The translations under genes were made by a program, and so were the position numbers. Below are positions 37,595 to 48,176 of a stretch of 64,000 bases of DNA, in pieces. A model generated the notes under the pieces. It had not been told where the DNA came from. It searched no databases and was given only the letters and a program-made list of their open reading frames with translations. Location: the IMG/VR virus record IMGVR_UViG_2595698945_000001. The stretch is one strand, 5' to 3'. How positions within the stretch are numbered: the stretch's first letter is position 1; each line of letters starts with the position of its first letter. This DNA is from a virus (lineage: Duplodnaviria > Heunggongvirae > Uroviricota > Caudoviricetes).

Positions 37595-38089
37595 ATGAGT
37601 GAATTTTATTCAAGGGCAGCGACTGCGGCAGACATGCCATTTATCATGGGTGAGTTCGAAGACGGCGCACGCAAGGGTCACTTCTACGAAGAGATCCTCA
37701 CATCAAAGGGGGGTAAAACCTTTGAGAAGCAGACCAGGCAGGCAATCAAGACGAACGAGCAGGGTCAATACTCCGGGCATTATATCTACATCCTGCTGCG
37801 CCGTTCTGATGACAAAAAAGCAGGGCTAATCTGGTTCTGTGCCGCACTCGATCCAACCGGTGCGCCACGACTTGAACTCCGTGCCGTCAGTATCGTCAAA
37901 GAACTACGCGGGAAAGGCTATGGGTCAATGCTGGTGTCAGACATGATCGATTCAAACCCGAGCCAGCCGATGATGGCGAAGTGCTACGTCAAATCCTCGC
38001 AAATGGCCGACATGCTAAAACGCAGAGGTTTTCACCTTTTCGACACGTCCCCCAAGGGCACGCAGATGCTGTTTCGCGATCCAAAGTAA
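37595..38089 (+). CDS. GNAT-family N-acetyltransferase
   Basis: Acetyl-CoA motif LRGKGYGSMLV (Q/RxxGxG/A). Confidence 0.5.
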   Translation: MSEFYSRAATAADMPFIMGEFEDGARKGHFYEEILTSKGGKTFEKQTRQAIKTNEQGQYSGHYIYILLRRSDDKKAGLIWFCAALDPTGAPRLELRAVSIVKELRGKGYGSMLVSDMIDSNPSQPMMAKCYVKSSQMADMLKRRGFHLFDTSPKGTQMLFRDPK

Positions 38090-38120
38090 AAAGCACCCCA
38101 TATGAGGTGCTTCTGAAGAA

Positions 38121-38624
38121 TTAATCGCAAGTTGTTTTGCCAGTGCCGTCTGGGTATACGATGGATTCGCACGACTTGCCGTCCAAGAAACTGTAGCTGC
38201 GAATAGTGCCGTCCGGATCGCGTTCTGTGTAGGACTCTAGCTTATTCGGATCAGCGTTCTTACGGCGCACTTCTTTCAGCTCATATTGGGCCTTGTACAT
38301 CTCCTTGTAGGCTTCTTCTATGCGCTTCATCTTGATCTCCTTTGCCTCTTTGCTACCGAGATAAGCGGCCATTTCAAGATCACAGTTGAAACGGATTTTT
38401 GGGAATGAAGGCGCGTATCTACCCATGACTTTGGTTAAATCATTGTCGTTGGAGACATAATAGGCATGGCTTCCACACAATTTGTCGGCTCTGTCCTGGG
38501 CAATAGCTACGCTTGAAGTGGAGTAAATATCAACGTACCCGCCAGCTGACTTTTCATCTTGAGGCGGTTTTGGCACGCACCCGATCAGAGCAATGGCCAT
38601 CGTCCCAATAATTACGCGTTTCAC
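38121..38624 (-). CDS. Lipoprotein
   Basis: Signal peptide plus lipobox LIGC. Confidence 0.5.
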   Translation of the reverse strand: MKRVIIGTMAIALIGCVPKPPQDEKSAGGYVDIYSTSSVAIAQDRADKLCGSHAYYVSNDNDLTKVMGRYAPSFPKIRFNCDLEMAAYLGSKEAKEIKMKRIEEAYKEMYKAQYELKEVRRKNADPNKLESYTERDPDGTIRSYSFLDGKSCESIVYPDGTGKTTCD

Positions 38625-38714
38625 CGTCCGTTCTCCTTTTTCGTTTGGTTGTCATCATTGAGTGACTGCGATTATAGAGTGGCTTGTAACATTTAGAAAT
38701 CTTTACCGCTTCAT

Positions 38715-38742
38715 AAAATAGGTATTCACTTACTTATATATT
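38715..38742. promoter_or_regulatory. Motif A palindrome copy
   Basis: aaaataggtattcacttacttatatatt. Confidence 0.45.
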
Positions 38743-38852
38743 TTGTCATAATCATGTGCCTGTAGATTTTCTTATTTGCCGTGTTGTCTGGGTTGTTCGC
38801 CTCTTAAACACGCTTAACATCTGTATCAAAATAACCACAAAGGAAAAGACAC

Positions 38853-39938
38853 ATGACATTGCCATACGGGGTGATATCAGATCCCCATTATCATCGTTGG
38901 GATGCTTTTGCGACAACAAACGCTGACGGGCTGAACTCTCGACTGGAGATCCAACTGGACGCCACGAAAAAAGCTGCCAAAGCCATGAAAGCTGCGGGCT
39001 GCAAGCACATGCTGGTGGCTGGTGATACTTTCCATGTTCGTGGTGCTATCTCGCCTTCCGTCCTGCATTTCGTGACAGAAACTTACGAGTGGATCATCAA
39101 AGAGTTGGGCCTCGAAGTGGTTATGCTGGCTGGCAACCACGACCTCGAAACCAACGATTCCGTATACAGCGCCAATGCAGCGGCCTCTCTGCGCTCAATC
39201 GGTGTGGAAATCGTCTGCGGCAAACGTCCTCACTCCATCAAAATGGGCGACGTTACCGTCCACCTGATTAGCTGGCGCAATAACCACGCAGAGCTTATCA
39301 GCGACCTCAAAACACTGCGTTCCGGGCTGGATGGCGACAACCATGATGTCGTTGTGCATACCTCGATCAACAAAGCGATCCCCACCATGCCTGATGTCGG
39401 CATCGACGCACAGGAACTGAAAGATATCGGCTTCCGTTTGTTGCTGTCTGGACACTACCACAACCACAAAGAAGTGCTGCCTGGAGTGGTTAGCATCGGG
39501 GCGCTGACGCACCAGAATTGGGGGGATGTTGGTTCGCTGGCTGGCTTCATGATCGTCAACCCTGACGGCACATTCACCCACCACGAAACTTCTGCGCCAA
39601 AGTTCGTGAACCTTGAGGACGATGTGGAAGACGACCAAATCCGCGGTAACTACGTGCGCTTTCGTGCCGTTGTTGAGAGCGATGAAGAAGGCATCAAACT
39701 CCAGAACGTCCTGAAGACAATGGGCGCGAAGGGGGTCGTCTGCAACTTCATCCGCAAGGCATCGATGATGGAAGGCACTGCCAGTACTGCGGAGACCAGC
39801 AAAATAGACAGCCTGGGTGAGTCCGTCGCGGCGTACTGCAAGATCGTTCACGACACTGACGGCGGCTTCGACCTGAGCAAGCTGGACATGCTGTGTCAGG
39901 AGATCCTGACCGAAGCGGAGAGTGCGGAGTCAGTGTGA
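38853..39938 (+). CDS. sbcD: SbcD/Mre11-family nuclease
   Basis: Calcineurin-like phosphoesterase motifs DPHYH, GDTFH, LAGNHD, GHYH. Confidence 0.75.
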   Translation: MTLPYGVISDPHYHRWDAFATTNADGLNSRLEIQLDATKKAAKAMKAAGCKHMLVAGDTFHVRGAISPSVLHFVTETYEWIIKELGLEVVMLAGNHDLETNDSVYSANAAASLRSIGVEIVCGKRPHSIKMGDVTVHLISWRNNHAELISDLKTLRSGLDGDNHDVVVHTSINKAIPTMPDVGIDAQELKDIGFRLLLSGHYHNHKEVLPGVVSIGALTHQNWGDVGSLAGFMIVNPDGTFTHHETSAPKFVNLEDDVEDDQIRGNYVRFRAVVESDEEGIKLQNVLKTMGAKGVVCNFIRKASMMEGTASTAETSKIDSLGESVAAYCKIVHDTDGGFDLSKLDMLCQEILTEAESAESV

Positions 39939-40171
39939 GAACGAGCCATTCTGGGAGCTTTCGGGACTTCATCTCCACGATGAAAAGACTTGAACGAGGC
40001 CAGACGGTGATGTTCCACAAGCCCTACCCACCCAACGGAAACCCTGTGGCGTTTTACCTGGGGAGACTGAGCAAACAAGGCGTACTGAAACGCAGGTCTT
40101 TCCCGGCCCACACAGAGTTTCAACTGCGAAAAGGCCAGCATTTGAATCAAAAAGTTAGAGGCAAAGTATGA
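39893..40171 (+). CDS. Small basic ORF between sbcD and sbcC (start uncertain)
   Basis: ATGA overlap with the sbcC start. Overlaps the sbcD 3' end. Confidence 0.25.
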   Translation: MSGDPDRSGECGVSVRTSHSGSFRDFISTMKRLERGQTVMFHKPYPPNGNPVAFYLGRLSKQGVLKRRSFPAHTEFQLRKGQHLNQKVRGKV

Positions 40172-42084
40172 AATTTCTAAAGCTCCAGGTTGAGAACTTC
40201 ATGGCGTTAGCCAGCGCCGAAGTTGAGTTAGACCAACGCGGTCTGGTGCTCATTCAGGGTGTTAATAGTGGAGATTCTTCTGCTGCCAGCAATGGCGCGG
40301 GCAAATCGACTTTGATGAACAGCCTGATGTGGTGTCTGTATGGCGAAACTGCGCATGGCGTCAAAGGTGACGACGTGCTGTCTACAGGTCACGAGAAAAA
40401 CTGTCGTGTGATGGTGACTGTTGAGGATGAAGGAAAGCGTTACGCCATCATTCGCCACCGCAAACACAAAGAGTTCAAGAACCGGCTGATCGTCCGTGGC
40501 GAAGACGGTGATATGACCAAAGGCAAAGACACACTGACGCAGGAGTTCGTTGAACGCCTGATTGGTGCATCCAAAGAGGTGTTCATGGCGTCCATCTACG
40601 CCAGTCAGGAAGCAATGCCAGATCTGCCTGGTATGTCTGACAAGAACCTCAAAACCATCGTTGAAGAAGCCGCTGGCGTCGACCGGTTAACGCGAGCCTA
40701 TGCCATTGCTCGCGAGCGTGCTAATGCAGCTGCCGCACGCATGGATGTTACAAAATCCAAAATGGACGCCTGTCTCACGCTTATCGAGACCGCGCAGTCA
40801 GAGATTGAGGCGGCCAAAGCGTCCTCTGATAGTTGGGAACGCGATCGCGGCGAACGTCTGGACAAGGCCCGTGTCGATTTGGCTGGCGCGGAGGTAACGC
40901 TGTCTGAAGTCGTGATGGAAATTCGCTCGCTGCCGGAACAGATCCGGGATACGGAAAACGCGATTGCTGGCGAACGCAGCAAGCTGGCCTCCAAAGAAGA
41001 GCATGACGCCAAACTGCTGAAGGTGCGCGGTGCGATTGCGGAGATCCGCTCAAGCATCCGCACTTCAGAAGCGGCACAGAACGAGTCGATGAAACGTGCT
41101 CGCTCGTTTAAAACCAAAGCAGAAGAGGTCAGCACAAAGGTCGGAGCACCTTGTGTTACGTGCGGAAAGCCCTACTGCGAAGAAGATTTGTCCACCGTGA
41201 AGGAGAGTTTCATTGAACAAGCGCGCAATGAGATCGGCCAGGCGCAGGCATCAGCAGCGGCAGTGGCTCAACACAAAGCTCGTCTTGAGAAAGCGCTCGG
41301 CATCGAGTCTGCACTGGTCTCAGCCACACCCGACGTCTCAGAAATCATCGCCAGAACCGAACGCCTGACCAATGAGCTAAGTGCGCTGCGTCATCGCGAA
41401 CGTGAAGTTGTGGCCGTCGAAGCGATGGTGGCGCGGGCGCGTACCGACATGAATCGCATTATGGCAGAGGTAAACCCATTTCTGGCCGTTATTAAGCGTC
41501 ATGAAGACAACCTGGCTGCCAATAAATCTAATCATGCAGTACTTAAAAATGAGTTAAAGAGTATTCAGGAACAGGCTATGTTGCTGGAGAAAGCTCGCCA
41601 GGTTTACTCCCCAGCTGGTGTGCGTTCACACATCCTGACCTCTGTTACGCCTTTCCTGAACATCAGAACTGCGGAGTATCTCAACACGCTGTCGGACGGC
41701 AACATTGTTGCCGAATGGTCGACAATGGAGACAACGAAAAAAGGCGAGTATCGCGACAAATTCAATATCAGCGTGACCAAAACAGGTTCCAGCAAATCCT
41801 TCCAGACGTTGTCTGGTGGCGAGAAGCGTAAGGTGCGCATTGCGTGCTCTCTTGCCTTGCAGGATCTGGTTGCCAGTCGTGCCAGTAAGAATATTGAGTT
41901 GTTTATCGGCGATGAAATTGACGACGCGCTCGACACTGCCGGTCTGGAGCGTCTCATGGGGATTCTGGAAGCCAAAGCGCGTGAACGCGGCACAGTGATG
42001 ATCATCTCCCACAAAGAGATGAAATCGTGGTTCCGGGAAACCATCACAGTCGAAGTCAAAGAGGGTCGCAGCTATGTCGTTTAA
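40168..42084 (+). CDS. sbcC: SbcC/Rad50-family ATPase
   Basis: Walker A NGAGKST. Coiled coil with zinc hook CVTCGKPYC. ABC signature LSGGEKR. Walker B/D-loop LFIGDEIDDALD. Confidence 0.75.
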   Translation: MKFLKLQVENFMALASAEVELDQRGLVLIQGVNSGDSSAASNGAGKSTLMNSLMWCLYGETAHGVKGDDVLSTGHEKNCRVMVTVEDEGKRYAIIRHRKHKEFKNRLIVRGEDGDMTKGKDTLTQEFVERLIGASKEVFMASIYASQEAMPDLPGMSDKNLKTIVEEAAGVDRLTRAYAIARERANAAAARMDVTKSKMDACLTLIETAQSEIEAAKASSDSWERDRGERLDKARVDLAGAEVTLSEVVMEIRSLPEQIRDTENAIAGERSKLASKEEHDAKLLKVRGAIAEIRSSIRTSEAAQNESMKRARSFKTKAEEVSTKVGAPCVTCGKPYCEEDLSTVKESFIEQARNEIGQAQASAAAVAQHKARLEKALGIESALVSATPDVSEIIARTERLTNELSALRHREREVVAVEAMVARARTDMNRIMAEVNPFLAVIKRHEDNLAANKSNHAVLKNELKSIQEQAMLLEKARQVYSPAGVRSHILTSVTPFLNIRTAEYLNTLSDGNIVAEWSTMETTKKGEYRDKFNISVTKTGSSKSFQTLSGGEKRKVRIACSLALQDLVASRASKNIELFIGDEIDDALDTAGLERLMGILEAKARERGTVMIISHKEMKSWFRETITVEVKEGRSYVV

Positions 42085-42820
42085 CTTGAGCCGCACGCAG
42101 TTTTTGCAAATGTTTGCCGTGATGCAGTCTATAAAGCTGATAAACCACCATACGGCAAAAGCAGCTGCACCTGCACTTTTGTGGAAAAACGAAAATATCA
42201 ATGACGACCAGTTCGCGGTATTAACCAGTCTGTTGTCATCGACTCCGTTGATGCCGAGTTTGTCTATGCTGCCGTCAGGAAGCACTGCGCCGATCCTTAT
42301 TAATCCATTTACGGAAGGTGGATATCTCCCACATTCTGGGCCGGGGTTCGTTGTGATTCCTGAAACCGGAACGCTGAACATCCAAGAAAATGCACTCTTC
42401 AATGCAATGGAGACGCACATCAGCACCGCATTCACTAATCTGATTCGACACGCTAACGCACGCGCGGATCATGTTGCAATGCCGGGTGCTGCCTTCGCCA
42501 GCTTCTCTGTTGACTATGACCGGCACGCGCCAATTTCAAAGCGGGCGAAACTCTGCTTTTACGAGGAGGGATGTGAAGTCGCGATTATTGAAGTTCTTCT
42601 CCCCCATGTATTCAGCGCGAATGAAACGGCTGCACACCATCTGATCGACATCATGCGGCATTTCATCGGCCAGAGCATGATCGATGCGGACATTGCTGCA
42701 GGCGTTCTAACCAACGATAGCATTCACGTTGTTAGCGACATTCCGAAGCCGCCAACTCGCGAGCCGGAAAAGACACTTGGACAGAAACTAATGGAATGCC
42801 CAACCTGGGCTACGTGGTAA
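42074..42820 (+). CDS. Hypothetical protein
   Basis: 248 aa. Overlaps the sbcC stop. Confidence 0.45.
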   Translation: MSFNLSRTQFLQMFAVMQSIKLINHHTAKAAAPALLWKNENINDDQFAVLTSLLSSTPLMPSLSMLPSGSTAPILINPFTEGGYLPHSGPGFVVIPETGTLNIQENALFNAMETHISTAFTNLIRHANARADHVAMPGAAFASFSVDYDRHAPISKRAKLCFYEEGCEVAIIEVLLPHVFSANETAAHHLIDIMRHFIGQSMIDADIAAGVLTNDSIHVVSDIPKPPTREPEKTLGQKLMECPTWATW

Positions 42821-42831
42821 GGAGACCAAAA

Positions 42832-43401
42832 ATGAGTAAAACCATTCGTGTGGTCGGCGTCGACCCTTCAATGAGCAACTTTGGCCTGGCGATTGGCACG
42901 CTGGATCTGGAAACGGATAAGCTGGACATTCATGGCCTGACATTGGTGGAAACCAAAGCTGGCGGCAACAAGAAGACGGTTCGCGTAAACAGCGACGATC
43001 TGCGCCGCGCTAATGAAATCTGGCGTACCGCCAAGCCCATAATCGAGCAGGCTCATATGGTGTTTTGCGAATTGCCGGTTGGTAGCCAGTCCAGTCGCGC
43101 ACAAACCTCATACGGCATCTGCATTGGCGTACTGGCGTGCGTGGATAAGCCACTGATACAGGTCACGCCAAACGAGATTAAGCACTATGTCGGGAATAAG
43201 CTGACCACGTCGAAGGAAGAGATCATTCAGTGGGCTACGCAGAAGCAGCCAAACGCCCCGTGGTTGCGCCGTAAGCAATCTGGTAAGGAAGTGCTGGTGA
43301 ATAAAAACGAGCACCTTGCGGACGCTGTCGCGTCGATTTACACCGGTATGCAAACAGATCAATTCCGTCAGGTTCGCGATGTGCTTGCAGGAATTTTATA
43401 A
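42832..43401 (+). CDS. Putative RuvC-like Holliday-junction resolvase
   Basis: ATG after RBS AAGGAG. N-terminal IRVVGVDPSMSNFGLAIG resembles the RuvC/YqgF catalytic strand. Low confidence. Confidence 0.4.
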   Translation: MSKTIRVVGVDPSMSNFGLAIGTLDLETDKLDIHGLTLVETKAGGNKKTVRVNSDDLRRANEIWRTAKPIIEQAHMVFCELPVGSQSSRAQTSYGICIGVLACVDKPLIQVTPNEIKHYVGNKLTTSKEEIIQWATQKQPNAPWLRRKQSGKEVLVNKNEHLADAVASIYTGMQTDQFRQVRDVLAGIL

Positions 43402-43410
43402 GTTGGTAAT

Positions 43411-43436
43411 TGATAGGTAAGTACTTATCTATTAAC
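43411..43436. promoter_or_regulatory. Motif A palindrome copy
   Basis: tgataggtaagtacttatctattaac. Confidence 0.5.
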
Positions 43437-43437
43437 A

Positions 43438-43468
43438 TGAGGCCACTATATTTAGTGGCCTTTTTTAT
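43438..43468 (+). terminator. Rho-independent terminator (ggccacta-N-tagtggcc family)
   Basis: gaggccactatatttagtggcctttttt. Confidence 0.7.
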
Positions 43469-43478
43469 TGGGTGATAC

Positions 43479-45794
43479 ATGATAAGCATCGTAAAACGTA
43501 ACGGTTCCACTGAGCCGTTGTCAGAGGAAAAATACAACCGCGTTGTGATGTGGGGAGTCGAAAACATTCGCAACGTTAGCGCGTCTGCTGTCGCTATGGG
43601 CGCTGCTGCCAGCATTTTCGACGGAATGACCACCTGCCAGCTGCATGAGGCGCTGGTGAAGTCCGCTGCCGATCTGATCTCTCCGGAAACCCCGAACTAC
43701 TCGCAGGTTGCCGCGCGACTGAGCCTGTTCAAGATCCGCAAGGACGCCTTCGGCCAGTATGACTACCCGAATTTCTACAATCACATCGTCAGCAACGTCA
43801 GTCGTGGCGTTTACGATGAAGACCTTCTCAAGTACTACTCTCAGGAAGAAATTGCCGAGCTGGGCGTGTACATCAAGCCTAAGCGCGACGAATACTTCGG
43901 CTATGCCGCCACCGTGCAGCTGGCGAGCAAGTATCTCGTTCAAAACCGTGTAACTGGCGCTATCTACGAAGGGCCACAGCAACTCTACATGCTGGTCGGC
44001 ATGTGCCTGTTCCAGAATTGGGAAGATGGCTGCGCCGGTAAGACGCGTCTGGAGATGGTTAAGGGCTTCTACGATGTGACCAGTACATTCAAGTTGTCTC
44101 TGCCAACGCCAATTATGGCCGGCGTGCGCACCCCTACTCGCCAGTTCTCCAGCTGCGTGCTGATTGAAGCTGCTGATAGTCTGAAAGGGATTAGCGCTGC
44201 GTCTTCCGCAATCATCGACTACGTGTCACGTCGCGCGGGCATTGGTATTGGCTTTGGGCGTCTGCGTGCGCTGGGCAGTGAGATCCGCAATGGCGAGGCC
44301 ACCCACACTGGCGTTTTTCCATTCCTGAAACACTTCCAGACGGCGGTGAAATCCTGCTCTCAGGGCGGTGTTCGCGGCGGCGCTGCTACAGCGTTCTATC
44401 CGATCTGGCACTTGGAAGTTGAAAGTCTGCTGGTGCTGAAAAACAACCGTGGCATTGAAGAGAACCGCGTTCGTCATCTCGACTATGGCGTGATGATCAA
44501 CCGTCTGATGTATCGCCGCCTGGTGCGCAACGAAAACATTACGCTGTTCAGCCCACACGATGTGCCGGGCCTGTACGACGCGTTCTTTGTTGATCAGGAC
44601 AAGTTCGAAGAGCTGTACCTGAAGTACGAAGCCGACGAGAGCATCCGTAAGAAATCTATCCCGGCCGTCGACCTGTTCTCTACGCTGATGCAGGAGCGTG
44701 CCTCCACTGGTCGTGTTTATATTGCCAACGTCGACCACATGAACGATCACGGCGCATTCGTTCCGGAAATTGCACCGGTACACCAGTCCAATCTCTGTAT
44801 GGAGATCACGCTACCGACCAAGCCACTGGCGTTCACTGACGATCCGAACGGGGAAATCGCGCTTTGCACCCTGTCTGCGTTCAACCTGGGCGCGATCCGC
44901 ACGCTGGACTCACTGAAAGACGTGGCGTTTTACGCTGTGGCGGCACTGGACTCTCTGCTCGACTATCAGGACTACCCTATGGCTGCTGCAGAAATCCCGG
45001 CTAAAGCTCGTCGTAGTCTGGGTATTGGCGTGACCAACTTTGCTTACTATCTGGCGAAGAACGGCTTTAACTACTCTGACGCTGCGGGCAACCAGCTGGT
45101 GCATGAGACCTTCGAAGCCATTCAGTACTACCTGCTCGATGCGAGCTGCCGACTGGCCGAAGCGAAAGGTGCATGTGACTGGTTCTCCCACACCAAATAC
45201 GCACAGGGCCAGCTGCCAGTCGACCACTATCGCAAAACGCTGGATACCAACCCGGAGACATCTTTCGAGCTGAAAATGCCGTGGGAAGAGCTGCGTGGCC
45301 GTATCCGTGAGCATGGTCTGCGTAACTCAACTCTGACCGCTCAAATGCCGTGTGAGACGTCCAGCCAGATCACCAACTCCACCAATGGTATTGAGCCGCC
45401 CCGCGGCCCGGTATCCGTGAAGTCTTCCAAAGACGGCATCGTGAAGATGGTCGTTCCAGACTTCGCTCAACTGAAAGACCAGTACGAGTACCTGTGGGAT
45501 ATGCCGGATAACCGCGGCTATCTGACTAAGGTGGCCATCATTCAGAAGTTCTTCGATCAGGCCATCTCTGCGAACACCAACTACGACCCGACTCGCTTCC
45601 CTGGCGACAAGGTTCCAATGATGAAGCTGCTGGAAGATCTGCTGTTTGCGTATCAGCAAGGTGTGAAGACGCTTTATTACCACAACACGCGTGATGGCGC
45701 TGGTAAGCGTGATGACGACGATCAGGTGTCAGAACCTTCCGCTGCGGAGGTTGTTGAGCCAGAAGATGAGTGCGATGGCGCGTGCAAAATCTGA
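43479..45794 (+). CDS. nrdA: Ribonucleoside-diphosphate reductase alpha (class Ia NrdA) with N-terminal ATP-cone
   Basis: 771 aa. ATP-cone start. C-terminal ...CDGACKI cysteine pair as in E. coli NrdA. Confidence 0.85.
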   Translation: MISIVKRNGSTEPLSEEKYNRVVMWGVENIRNVSASAVAMGAAASIFDGMTTCQLHEALVKSAADLISPETPNYSQVAARLSLFKIRKDAFGQYDYPNFYNHIVSNVSRGVYDEDLLKYYSQEEIAELGVYIKPKRDEYFGYAATVQLASKYLVQNRVTGAIYEGPQQLYMLVGMCLFQNWEDGCAGKTRLEMVKGFYDVTSTFKLSLPTPIMAGVRTPTRQFSSCVLIEAADSLKGISAASSAIIDYVSRRAGIGIGFGRLRALGSEIRNGEATHTGVFPFLKHFQTAVKSCSQGGVRGGAATAFYPIWHLEVESLLVLKNNRGIEENRVRHLDYGVMINRLMYRRLVRNENITLFSPHDVPGLYDAFFVDQDKFEELYLKYEADESIRKKSIPAVDLFSTLMQERASTGRVYIANVDHMNDHGAFVPEIAPVHQSNLCMEITLPTKPLAFTDDPNGEIALCTLSAFNLGAIRTLDSLKDVAFYAVAALDSLLDYQDYPMAAAEIPAKARRSLGIGVTNFAYYLAKNGFNYSDAAGNQLVHETFEAIQYYLLDASCRLAEAKGACDWFSHTKYAQGQLPVDHYRKTLDTNPETSFELKMPWEELRGRIREHGLRNSTLTAQMPCETSSQITNSTNGIEPPRGPVSVKSSKDGIVKMVVPDFAQLKDQYEYLWDMPDNRGYLTKVAIIQKFFDQAISANTNYDPTRFPGDKVPMMKLLEDLLFAYQQGVKTLYYHNTRDGAGKRDDDDQVSEPSAAEVVEPEDECDGACKI

Positions 45795-45901
45795 TGAGCG
45801 TGGGGAGAAATCCCCACCTTTTCATTGAGTTGAGCACCTTGTTTAAACCAATAAGATAACAATTTGTTTAAAGCCATTCGATAACATTCAGAGGGAAACA
45901 C

Positions 45902-47044
45902 ATGACTTATTCTACTTTCCGTTTGGGCGCTAACGACGCAACGAAGGAACCTATGTTCCTCGGCCAGTCTGTCAACGTAGCACGCTACGATCAGCAAAAG
46001 TACCGTGACTTCGAAAAGCTGATTGAAAAACAACTTTCGTTCTTCTGGCGCCCTGAAGAAGTCGACATTACCACTGACCGCATCGACTTCAATACCAAGC
46101 TGCAAGAGCACGAGCGCCATATTTTCCTGAGCAACCTGCGTTACCAGACGCTGTTGGATTCCGTTCAGGGTCGCAGTCCTAACGCAACACTGCTGCCGCT
46201 GATCTCCATTCCTGAGCTGGAGACATGGGTCGAGACCTGGTCGTTCTCCGAGACGATTCACAGCCGCAGCTATACGCACATTATCCGCGGTATGGTGGAT
46301 GACCCTAGCATCGTTTTCGACGGCATCGTCACGGACGAAGAGATCATCAGCCGGGCTGTAAGCATCTCAAGCGAATATGACAGACTGTACGAAATGACCT
46401 GCGCTCGCCAGCATCTTGGCGAAGACGAATTTGAACGGCTGTATGTCAGCGAGTTTGATGGCAAGCCCTACCCTCTCCAGCGCCAGCTGTTCCGAACACT
46501 GGTGTCGGTGAATGCACTGGAGGCGATTCGCTTCTACGTGAGCTTTGCGTGTACGTTCGCCTTTGGTGAGCGGAAGCTGCTGGAGGGCAACACGAAGATC
46601 ATGCGCTTTATCGCGCGCGACGAGGCTCTACATTGCGAAGGGACTGAACGCATGATCCGCTTTATGCGTACCGGTCGTGAAGGTCTGATGTGGAAGATGA
46701 TTGCCGCAGAAGAAGAGAGCTTCATCTATCAGACCATGATGGACGTGGCCGGGCAGGAAATGCGCTGGGCTGACTATCTGTTTAAAGACGGCTCAATGAT
46801 TGGCTTGAATGCCGACATCCTCAAAAGCTATGTGAAATACCGCACCAACCTGGCAATGCGTCGTCTGGGGCTGCGACCGCTGTTCCCGGAAATTAAAGAC
46901 GATCCACTGGTATGGATGAACAAATGGCTGCTGTCAGACACCCTGCAGATCGCTCCGCAGGAAGCTGAACAAAGCAACTACCTCGTCGGCCAGATTGATT
47001 CCGCTGTCGATCGCTCCGGACTGAGCCAGTTCGCAGACCTTTAA
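45902..47044 (+). CDS. nrdB: Ribonucleoside-diphosphate reductase beta (NrdB)
   Basis: 380 aa. Di-iron ligand pattern (E..H repeats, EALHCEG). Immediately downstream of nrdA. Confidence 0.85.
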   Translation: MTYSTFRLGANDATKEPMFLGQSVNVARYDQQKYRDFEKLIEKQLSFFWRPEEVDITTDRIDFNTKLQEHERHIFLSNLRYQTLLDSVQGRSPNATLLPLISIPELETWVETWSFSETIHSRSYTHIIRGMVDDPSIVFDGIVTDEEIISRAVSISSEYDRLYEMTCARQHLGEDEFERLYVSEFDGKPYPLQRQLFRTLVSVNALEAIRFYVSFACTFAFGERKLLEGNTKIMRFIARDEALHCEGTERMIRFMRTGREGLMWKMIAAEEESFIYQTMMDVAGQEMRWADYLFKDGSMIGLNADILKSYVKYRTNLAMRRLGLRPLFPEIKDDPLVWMNKWLLSDTLQIAPQEAEQSNYLVGQIDSAVDRSGLSQFADL

Positions 47045-47126
47045 GCCGAGTTTAACCACTTTGTAGCCTGGCGCTGCTGGGTCACAATTGACGCATCAAA
47101 TGAAGTCCAAAGGAAAGAAAGAAGAC

Positions 47127-47996
47127 ATGAAATTTACGAAACTGACCGATCATCTGAAACTTGCCGCAGACAAACTCGTGGGATTTAAACCTGAGCCTTA
47201 CGAGTTGAATCCTGGTTTTGGCAAGGCAACGGAAAGCATCTACCTGATGGTTGACCAGTTCCACACACTGTTTCAGCACCCACGCCGTGCCATTCCAGAT
47301 CCGGCATTACTGCGTCTGCGTGCCAAGCTGATCCACGAAGAAGCAGTTACCGAGGGCATCCCGGCAGCCAAAAATGGGGATATGACGGCACTGCTGGACG
47401 CGATGGCTGACTTCCTTTACGTGGGCGTCGGCACAATGGTGGCCATCAAAGGCGGCATCTCGACGGGCATGAGTTACTACACCCAAGAGCAGAGTGTTGA
47501 TCGCTTCATCCACACCATCATGGTTCCGGGCAACACGGTCTTTGACGATATGGCCATCCCGTTTGAAGAAGCAAAAGAAGCTGCATTAATGCTGAATGCA
47601 CTGGCTGACAAACTCGAAGCGAAGCCGATAAGCGATTCCGAATTGGTGCAGGAGCTGCGCCGCGTGATGAACAAAATCTACGTTGCCTGCATGATGACCT
47701 ACCGCCTGGCTGATTTTCTCGGTATCGATATTGTTGAGCTGGTGGCAGAAATCCATCGTTCCAACATGACCAAGCTGTGGCCGGCTGACGCAGAAGAGCG
47801 TCGTGTGGCGGTAGAGAATTGCAAATACGACAAGGAAGACCTGGGCTTCCGCCATGCTGAAGGGACTGACATGATGATTGGCTTCAGAATTACTGATGGC
47901 AAGATCCTCAAATCCCCAACCTACAGCGATGTGGATCTGACTCGCTTTGTTGAGAAGGCGAAATCCTCATCTCTTTACGAGATGGTAAAAAAATAA
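47127..47996 (+). CDS. Hypothetical protein (nucleotide-metabolism module; possible NTP pyrophosphohydrolase-like)
   Basis: ATG at 47127 after RBS AAGGAAAG. No firm motif. Confidence 0.4.
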   Translation: MKFTKLTDHLKLAADKLVGFKPEPYELNPGFGKATESIYLMVDQFHTLFQHPRRAIPDPALLRLRAKLIHEEAVTEGIPAAKNGDMTALLDAMADFLYVGVGTMVAIKGGISTGMSYYTQEQSVDRFIHTIMVPGNTVFDDMAIPFEEAKEAALMLNALADKLEAKPISDSELVQELRRVMNKIYVACMMTYRLADFLGIDIVELVAEIHRSNMTKLWPADAEERRVAVENCKYDKEDLGFRHAEGTDMMIGFRITDGKILKSPTYSDVDLTRFVEKAKSSSLYEMVKK

Positions 47997-48025
47997 TTGT
48001 AAGTATTCACTTATCATTATATATT
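47995..48025. promoter_or_regulatory. Motif A palindrome copy
   Basis: aattgtaagtattcacttatcattatatatt. Confidence 0.45.
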
Positions 48026-48144
48026 GCCTGGGCGTGTTTTATTGTCCAAGTTCTTAATTGCTCATTGCAATGGTGGCCTAAGAGCCACCATTTTTTTTAC
48101 TCCCCTCCTAGCCTTACACACTTCTGACAGATAAACTTGTATAA

Positions 48145-48176
48145 AATAATATGTATGTACTTACTTATCTTGTGTG
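48145..48176. promoter_or_regulatory. Motif A palindrome copy abutting the thyA start
   Basis: aataatatgtatgtacttacttatcttgtGTG. Confidence 0.5.

Noticed and set aside
41626-42435. 269-aa minus-strand ORF inside sbcC
   Set aside because: Antisense to a well-supported SbcC/Rad50 coding region. Shadow ORF.
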